Source: Perkinsus chesapeaki ATCC PRA-425 (lineage: Eukaryota > Protista > Perkinsozoa). Taken from it: a stretch of DNA of 60,063 nucleotides. The notes under the pieces were generated by a model. It was not told where the DNA came from. It ran no database searches and saw only the letters and a list, made by a program, of their open reading frames with translations. The position numbers were made by a program, and so were the translations under genes. How positions within the stretch are numbered: position 1 is the stretch's first letter; the number at the start of each line of letters is the position of its first letter. Positions 51,134 to 60,063 of the stretch are shown here, in pieces. The stretch covers positions 1 through 60,063 of the forward strand of contig JAAPAO010000157.1 in NCBI GenBank assembly GCA_013115145.1, written 5' to 3'.

Positions 51134-51777
51134 TAACGCAAATTAGTTATAAATTACTAAAAACAATGTAAAGTGACTTATAAAAGACTTGAAATATGGT
51201 AGAGTGGAGTTGGTTGTAAATTAATAAGAATCGGATAATTAGGAATCTGATTAGATTATGTGTTTTCAAGCAATTTCAACCCTACCCCAAAAAGCACTTA
51301 TCGATTATTAATATTAAGCAATTTGGAAACAGATAGCACATTCCAGGAAGTAACGATTTCAGGCAGTCGATCAATGTAAAGAGTCGGACTATATAAATAC
51401 AATTTTTAAAAACCTAGGCTGACTACGTCACAGCGAAGGTGAATCTTGCCTGAACGTGACGGTTCTCGAGAGTAGTTTCGTGGCGCGCTAGAAACAATAT
51501 CAACGTTCGAGTTGTTTCAAGGGTTTGTTATTCATTTATTCTAAAGTACTAAACGAGAAATAAAAATTAACCATGTAGAGTGAAACGGCACTAGTAAAAA
51601 CATACACACTACCAAATAGTCAAGGGAGACAGGATATAACACAAAGAATCTGCACGCATGCGCAGGGTGAAGTTTAATGCTCGAACGAACGAAAAATGAA
51701 ACCTTCCGATTGAAAGGATAAACTTCAACTTCTTCGTCGAGAGTATACTGTATGTTCGACAGTGTTAGCCGTTGACT

Positions 51778-52200
51778 CAACTTTACGTCCTCAGTCTCTG
51801 TTACGTATCAAACTTAGCGTAAGTTACTTACGTCTCCTGTCTCTGTTACGTATCAACTTTACGTCTCCTGTCTCTGTTACGTATCGACTTTACGTCTCCT
51901 GTCTCTGTTACGTATCGACTTTACGTCTCCTGTCTCTGTTACGTATCGACTTTACGTCTCCTGTCTCTTNNNNNNNNNNNNNNNNNNNNNNNNNNNNNNN
52001 NNNNNNNNNNNNNNNNNNNNNNNNNNNNNNNNNNNNNNNNNNNNNNNNNNNNNNNNNNNNNNNNNNTCTGTTACGTATCGACTTTACGTCTCCTGTCTCT
52101 GTTACGTATCGACTTTACGTCTCCTGTCTCTGTTACGTATCGACTTTACGTCTCCTGTCTCTGTTACGTATCAACTTTACGTCCTCAGTCTCTGTTACGT
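51778..52200. repeat. 31-bp minisatellite spanning an assembly gap (N run ~51970-52066)
   Basis: Unit ctctgttacgtatcgactttacgtctcctgt; at least 9 visible copies and no spacers. Confidence 0.95.
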
Positions 52201-53899
52201 ACCGCCGCGCAGTCTCGTCAGTCGTATTCTGCATTAACGACGTATATTAGTCTGCAAGACCGGTCAACACTCTTGTGACAATGGCACTTTTGTCAGGCAA
52301 AGGATAGCGGTTATAGTCAACTGATAGGATAGTGTTTGTAAAGATTCTCAAAGCAGTGACAATGCTTATTACTTCCTCCCGCTCCCGCGACATTCTGTTT
52401 TCAATCTTGTTATACTACGGGTGTGAGGCTATCTCGGCCGTTGCCTCTGAACTAGGCTCGAAGGCAGGCCCAATTAATATCGTAATTTGATACTCATATG
52501 TCAGACACCTGAGTATCACATAAAAGAGTCTACCTTCTATAATGGCACTAAGTTCGAAACGGTAAGAAGTCTGACGTATGACTATCAGCAGGGACTTTAT
52601 GAGAGATCATCATCATTCTTTAGACCTTGCTAGGCTATGCACGTAATAGTCGGAACGAACGCTACTATACTGCTGTATCTTAGTTAAACTACTATAGTGA
52701 GAAGTGAGATAAGTTGCTGTGTCAACCACATGGCTCACGCCTTGTCATAGGTCTTCCGCGCCAGAAGAGGACGTAGTATACCATCAGATAGCACTTTTGA
52801 ATGAAGAGGCTATGCGGGGCCTACCCGTCCTTCCAGTCTCCCATCAAGAGCAAGAAGACAAGGTTATCAATGTGTCCAAATTGCAGCAGTTGGCCCTGAG
52901 GAAATTTACGGATGTTGTTCAAGGACGCGTGAATGAAATAGAAAAACTTAGCTACAGCTGTTCTTTCGAGACAGAAAATGTACGTAAACAAAGATGCGTA
53001 CTACGTACCAAGTACGCATGAAAGAAGGGGTCTATGTAGACTCGGCACCGGTTTAGTCGCGCCTCCAGCAAGTCTCTCAATGAATTAGATTGATTTTCGC
53101 AAGCTATAGTAGTATTTCCAGATTTGGCGGAGTAGCTATAGAACGAATTTGACAATGAGCAACCTTTCAGAAGGTTTCAAGATCGCCACGTTTGAATACA
53201 TGGAGTACATGCGAAATGGGGACACTTGGTAAGAGTGGCTACACATACTATTTGATACAAGTGCGATTTTTAGGCCGGATAGCTATTCATTCACCCCTAT
53301 CTTGGATATTCCTGGATTGCGAGATATTGAAAGGACGAACAACATCCGTATGATGAGTTACTTTAATAATAGTTTGCACATCGAGACTAAAGAAGATCTT
53401 GCTGAGGCATGCATCGTGTTTATGCGCTCCGTTCTAGACAGTACCTCCGATGAGACGAAGGGTGCTTTATGGCGAGTGGTTGATACAAACAATTGGTACG
53501 ATATTATTGGAGGGGAAACACATTTTTCGCACGTGATTTCGATGATCGACAAACTTGTCTGTCATTTACCTGGTTTCGTTGGAGAGCAAGTTGAAGGTAA
53601 GACGTGATTGAATGTAAGGTTTTGGGTCCAAGTCCACAACCCCGCCTTTAAAAATTAATGGATGGTCATAGACTATCAGAAGTGATACTGTTACTTTTAG
53701 CAAAATTGACTATGACGGATAGAAATGTGATGAATTTGAACAACCTCTCCAAACTATTCCATAGTATCGTTAATGAGTGAATATATCATACACAACCTAT
53801 AATCATTTATTCCCTTCTGTCAGTATTCGATTGGGGGTATTACTCACGCAAAGAACGCATTAAACGCATTACACGCAAACAGTATCTCAATAATAATGA

Positions 53900-55100
53900 T
53901 GATACTAATAATAAGAAAAAGGCAAAGAAGAGGTTCCGTTGCTTATTCGGTTGTATCAGTCGCGGTCAGAGCGAATAAAAACATGTATTACATGGTGTTG
54001 ATTATACATGTATGTGTTACGGAGATATCTTGTGCCCAAGTTACGCAAAAACAGTTGTTGGAGTGTCACCTGGCGTGGCCTATCACTCGGTGATCTATGG
54101 ATCTCCGAATAAGGTGACCAAGTCTGGCATTCGTGAAATCTCAAAAGACAAACGGTAGACAATTGAAGATGTCAGAGTTCAACACAATGCAGGAGATGAA
54201 CGATAATCGTAAGGCCACGGACAATACATTAAACACACGACAACTCACGATATATGTTCGTGAACTAGAGCCCGAGTAATCAACCTGCACGCACAACTCA
54301 CAGTGGCGAACGAACCAAGCCAGGGGAAGTGATAGGTATTCGGATAATTTCTTCACTCCTTGTGAACGCATTACTCGTGCTTTAGTGCATTTTGTGCTCC
54401 TGCGTATGATACCTGCCGTTAGTGCCGTTACCCAGAACCAAGTAACTATCACGGCGGTGGGCCATTACGTGTATGGTAGCTCGGGCCTGGACCTATTTTC
54501 ATCTGTACCACTGGAATCCACAGAATCTGTATTACAGATGTAATTTGACTCGAACCTTTACCCACCATCTGAATATTACTCAGATGTATGAAGGTTCGAG
54601 CCTCGAGATTCGCGTTACTTTTGCGAACCCCGTGCTCGGCAGGATTTCACCGAAGTAAAATTACCTACGGTCATGGACATGTTCAAAGCAATTCTATGTA
54701 TTAATAACTTTGCACAGGCAACGGGGTGAAAGAAGCTTAGCTTCTTCGAAATTATGTTATGCACGGAAGAATCCACAGCGTGTATTAGATGTCGCGAAAG
54801 CCGCGAAACAACGATGGGCGCGAGAAAAGGAGCGTATTGATGTTTGCGGTGCAAACTTTGCCCGGTGTAGTCCAGTTCGTTCAGTGCCAACTGGTCCCGT
54901 AATCAGCTGTTCCACCGACCAACTCATCCAGAGACCATCTCCTATACTCGTAGACAACGGGCCACTACCAACTCATCCAGTACCAACTCGGACACCAATC
55001 TGCACCAAATTGGTGCCACCAACTCGTCCGCTGCCACCTCATCCACCTTCACACACGGCCCGAACTACAGCCCGACGCACTAAAATAGAATTTAAGAAGA
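53900..55100 (-). mobile_element. Degenerate Ty3/Gypsy-like pol relic (RNase H end plus integrase)
   Basis: LNELDY..LHRK..VSRLSR (RNase H end), WFVRHCELCVQVDYSG...YIV (integrase zinc finger and first Asp), and PSEIH..SD (core). Frameshifted. Confidence 0.5.
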
Positions 55101-56759
55101 AATAAAGAGTAATTCGTATCTTTCCGATTTCTCACTCAATATCGAGTGCTGGAAAGTGAAATTTTAAACATGAGTACCACAATGAGATTTGAAAACATGA
55201 CAATAAATCGATCAACCGTTTCGTTCCCATCTACTGATATCTTCGCGTAGGGTTCGCGACTAGTGCGCGAGTGGCTCCTCTGGACTCAACCGTCTGCCCT
55301 TCCTGAAGTTCGAGTCGAATCATTCGACGGCGCGTCGTTCGAGTGATATATAGCAGTCTTAACCTCTACGCTACCGCGCATGACAGTATTCGAGTCTGAT
55401 AATCAGACCGCTCACCCGTATGACAGATGACTCCAGATGACTCACAGACCACTTTGGCCCACACGTACTTGAAATTCTCACGATAGCACGATAGCTCCAT
55501 GATCCTTATCACCATATTTTTTTTAAATCTTGTTTGTTACATATGGAATTCTTCATTCTACTATTCATAGTTCAACTCTTACGTATCACATATCATCAGT
55601 ATTACGGACGGAAAATCTTGGTCATATACCGAGTTTGGTCGACGCCTCGCTAGATTCATGGCGTCTTCGGAAGCTCCGAATTGGAGCGAACCATACAGTG
55701 ACAATGATAGTACATGTCCCAAACTCTCGTTCGGAAACGGTACATAGTACGGATAGCCTGACCTTTGACATTGGACTATAAACTCTCACACAAACGTGCC
55801 GTCAACCAGCCCATCATAAATAGACAGAAGCTTTTCTGGAAAGCTTCACCATGGGCTTGTTAGCCTCTTTCTCTCTTCAGAGACAGGTTTGTCCACTCCT
55901 TTAAGGTATGCAGTTATGCCACGGTAAATTCGACGCCACAAGGAGTTTGCGCCATAGTCAGTTACTCAGTGCTTAACAGTCGAGCTTACCGCACTCGAGC
56001 CAGCAACTGGAGTAGGCTCAAGCCAATAAAACTATCTCGTAGTTCTGACTGTAATCGCTACAACCTTTGTGAGGCCTATGGTGACAGGGCCGTACACTCT
56101 CAGCCAGAATTACCTTTGATTGTGACTCACAATTCGTGAGTCACCTGGGCAGCAAAGGCGAAAGCATGACCGGCAACTTTTGCCGAATCGCCATCAGCCA
56201 CACCATTCACATCTGCCGTCGAAGAACCATCAGCCACCAGTATGATGAACGGTAGTAGATGATGATGGAATGTTAATGACATCCACTTGTGACTCAGATT
56301 ACCACGAGATTCCAGATAAGAGCGAGTAATAGTTATATCTAGATTTGCTAACCAATAACTCTAATCCCAGTAGACCGCATTGGCCCCAAGTACTCTCCCC
56401 CAACAACTCTTGATCGGCAACATTATTCTGAAATCTATTCACAAGTTAGCACCACAGCTGGTCCAACGAAGACTACAACGATCACAACAAATGTTTCGTT
56501 GACTACAACTCGATTAGTTGAGCTAATCTGGCCAATGGTTTTCTGCTCATCACATATCCTCTAATTTTATCCAGCATGTTTAAAACTATGAGGCTACAAA
56601 GCCTCGCATCGGATGAGACGCTAATCGATGATTCTTTGTGAGAATGGCTCTGAAATACTGTTAACTCTTCACGACTCGTAAGCCAGATTATTGTTAGCCT
56701 TCTGTTAGCAATGTTCTTTGCGGAGCACAACTTGTTGAGTGTAGAGTAAATACGCGTAT

Positions 56760-59050
56760 CGCAGGGAGATAGCAGCATTGTGCCAAAAAAGCAACAATTT
56801 TTTTATGCCCGTCTCCGAAGGTAATGGTACTATTCGGAAAGTCCGGTTAGTTGATGATATGAGGCGAAGCGCTGCGAACGGTCTTATAGAGCCTAACCTG
56901 CAGGAAACTATCCTGCTTCCGTCAATACGTTCGTCGGTGGCCGCTGTGCTACAGGACGAAGCCTCGTAAGATCCCAGTTCTCCAGACCGCGTTTTCTGGC
57001 TCGAATCAGATATCCGGAGTGCCTTCCGCCTAGTACCATTGGCCGAACCCGACACTTGGTATTGCGTGAACAAAATTCAAGAGGGTTTTGTGGGGCGTTT
57101 GATGTTGCCCTTCGGGGCTATCACTTGTAACCTACCAGTAGTCCTCTAATCTTCGTGAGGGCATCTTCTGGTGTCGCTCCCATCGAATGTCGAGTCCGGC
57201 GACAGGCGGAGTTGCATCCCCGCGTGATTATATACGTAGATGATAGGTGTTCGAAGGCTCGTGCCAAGCAGCTAGCAAAGGCTACACTAATATCAATATT
57301 AGTCGACGCAGTCTGCGGCATTCCGAACGCCATGGAAAAGTTACATGCCTCTACCACCCCACACTGCCTGGGGTTCGTCATGGATCTTGACGAGAGGTTC
57401 TCACCATCCCGCATGAGAAATGTACCACAATTGGAGACGCACTACTCCCTCTGACTACCGTAGGCTCTCCTGCAGTTGTGAAAGATCTTGAGCGATTGAC
57501 GAGCCGGCTCAGCTGGGAGGCCGGAGCTCAAGAGAAGCAACCCTTTCTTGACCTCCTCTTACAGTACTCTGAAAGTTGCGGAGTCCACGGGTTTAAGGTC
57601 TATAACAGTTGGCCGCAACCTAGCCTACGCGGCCCATCTCCTCCGTCATTTTATCTCGGCGGACTTCTCTATTCCCTTCAACAGCCTCCTACCGGAGTTG
57701 GGAGCGCCTGCGCGAGCTGTTATCCGATGCATCTGGTGGCTTCCTCGGGGGTGTTGTATTTGAGCGCAATCCTCCAGGCTCTGGTCATTCGTTCTACTGG
57801 TACCTCCTCGATTTGAATGACGAACGAGTCGATAGCAGCGTAAGACGGATCCTTGACTATGGCGACGATGTCTTGGAAGGGATTTGCTCCCACGAGCTCC
57901 TTTCGGCAGCTCTCAGCATACTGCTCACTGGCCCATCCCAGCCCGTTGTTGTCGTTTCCGATAGTGTGGCCTGTGTGAGAGCACTACGGAAGATGCGGAG
58001 GAAGTCTGCGGCTCTCAATTGTATTTTGGAGGGACTCATGCTCGTTGGTCCTGGCTCGGCAGCTCCATCTCTATATGCGCAGCACCTTGCCGGTGAACTC
58101 AATATCCTGGCAGACCAGATATCGCGTAGTGATATACAAACTAGCAGGAGTATCTTCTACAGAGTTGACGGTGCTGACAGCACCGTGCTGTGGAGCGAGA
58201 CGCTTTGCACGAGCTGGCGAAGCTCACATGCGCATGGGCTGGCGGTTCCTGAGTATGGTTGTTTCTCTGTGATGCCTCAGTCACACAGTTGTTTCAATCA
58301 GAATGGTCCTGAGTTCAGTCCGCTATTACTGAGCGTTCAATCAGACGATACCGTTCCCTTTTCCCTAGTTTGATAGACAGATTGGGATGATCCCAGCATT
58401 CACCCCTCTAAAGGCTTGCCAGCGCGAACTATCGAACAGGAAATCACTCGCCGAGTGACACTCGGCCGGTCCTCACTGACTCGTGCGGATAGGCCTCTAA
58501 TCGTTCATGGGACCGTCAGCCCCAAACGACGAGGCTCAGCCAAGAAGGCTTCATATTTCTCGGAACGCCTGTCGCGTGACTCACGCGGCGTGAGGACGTG
58601 AATGCGTTTGTGACTGAAGCCAGGCCCCCCAGTACGAGGAGGTCATATGAAGCAATAAGGAAGGCTTACGTGAGAGTTATGGAGAGCGCACATTGTCCCG
58701 TATCCGTTGGTGCCGGTTGGAGCTATTCACTTCATAGTATCGCTCGTTAAGGGCGTTTATACGTATGAAGGTGTCAGAAACTATGCACGCGCATCAAATC
58801 TTTAGCGAAAGATGAACGTGGCGATGTCTTCGACGTCCACGGAGAAGAGCGGTTCAAGCTGGCTCTGCGCGCTGCGTCCAAACTGTGCCGTCAGGCCAGT
58901 TCAATTGAACAGAAACGTGCCGGGACTTTCACAGCAGACAAAGTCATCGCTATTGCGCATATCCAAGATCCCTTACACGAAGGAACCGTATGTGCGATCC
59001 TATGCGGACAAAGCTTCCTACTTCCCAGTCCGGAATAGGAATTGCGCGTA
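56760..59050 (+). mobile_element. Degenerate DIRS/Ngaro-like (tyrosine-recombinase) retrotransposon
   Basis: KVRLVDDMRRS..N...ETILLP; FRLVPL..LPFG; IIYVDD; HCLGF; SDASGG; SHELLSAALS..VVSDSVACV..HLAGELNILADQISR (DIRS-type RT/RNase H); then a weak integrase-SAM-like segment at 58600-59050. Frameshifted. Confidence 0.7.
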
Positions 59051-59254
59051 AGTAACGACTGTCAATTCTTCAACGAGCAATCCATAAAGGTTGTTTCTAG
59101 GTCCAACGGTCATTTCCTTGAGCTTCGGGTTCATCAACTTCTCCATCTGATTCACCGAAGAGTATTACAGTAGTGGTAGTGCTGGGTGGCAAGGCCGTTG
59201 TGGAAGGTGCCACAGTGGTGTTAACAGCTGCATTGGAGCCTCCAGAGGAGGTCG

Positions 59255-59287
59255 TTGAGTCTGCCTCCAATTTGGAGGCAGACTCAA
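59255..59287. repeat. Perfect 33-bp palindrome
   Basis: ttgagtctgcctccaa-t-ttggaggcagactcaa. Confidence 0.95.
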
Positions 59288-60063
59288 TGACCCCTCTGAC
59301 TCTCCTTCTACCATGCCGAAACTTCGGCCTCCTCCAGTTTCCGAGGGAAATCGGTATGAGGATTCCTACTCATACGGCACCTACGCGATGTTGTTGACTA
59401 CGCCTTCCACTGGATAGGTACCTTTGTTTTTGCATTACACTCTCGTAATATTTCACGTGGCTTCGAGCTGTCTCCCAATGATGGGCTCAGAGATAAACGC
59501 CTCCTGCGTGCGGCCGACAAAAATCCTGTGGAGGGAGGCCTATAAGGAAGGTGAAACCCATTAAGAGTGATGAGCTGTTCACCGTGTTCCGTCCGACGGA
59601 AGATGGTGAACAGCTCGGAATCCGTGGTTGCAGTCCCGTTATTCAATCAAAATTTGGGCTTCTGCGGCTATGTTACTAGGTTACAGGTGATCCATTGGAT
59701 ATTCGGTGGGTGTTTGCCTTCATCGACTTTTCTTTGATGCTTCATATTCAATCCAAGTCGACCAGACCGAATGATACGTCCCTGTATGGAGTGCTCGAAA
59801 GACTACTTTGATAATATAAATCGCCTTGCGTCCGACCAGTACGGACCGTACTTTCAGTAGAATCCAACACAGGCATATTTGTTGATACAGTATTATAGTG
59901 TAATGGATAAAACCCCACGGAGATAACTACGTCTCCGCCTCTCATCGATCAATCCATGTAGCTAATGAGGCGAGCGATACTACAACAAAGTGTTTGTGCT
60001 TGTGCAAAGCCAACTTCAATAATAACTCAAGTAGATCTGGTTTGGGAGAACGGTTTCCGCTAC

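Noticed and set aside
51762-52250. 162-aa repetitive ORF
   Set aside because: Translation of the 31-bp minisatellite across an N gap.

Overview
This is eukaryotic, intron-rich DNA, most likely from a perkinsid-like alveolate (inferred from short GT-AG introns, a dinoflagellate/Perkinsus-type hnRNP-U-like protein and a RAP-domain protein). I could trace seven multi-exon genes by hand. Five lie on the + strand: a GOST/lung-7TM receptor, a dual-specificity phosphatase, an hnRNP-U-like SPRY protein, a RAP-domain protein and a canonical-family poly(A) polymerase. Two tandem GH37 neutral-trehalase paralogs lie on the - strand. The long introns and both ends of the window hold decayed transposon relics (Ty3/Gypsy, non-LTR, MULE, DIRS-like), minisatellites and two N gaps. 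There is no intact tRNA, rRNA or CRISPR array. The most unusual signal is a small vocabulary of short motifs that recur in the introns of unrelated genes: GCGGAGCGAAGC, the palindrome AATCGAT-N6-ATCGATT, TTTCGTGGCGCG, a shared 22-mer, and eight different tRNA 3'-end relics, several of them abutting splice sites. Exon boundaries and family assignments come from reading and motif recall, not database searches.
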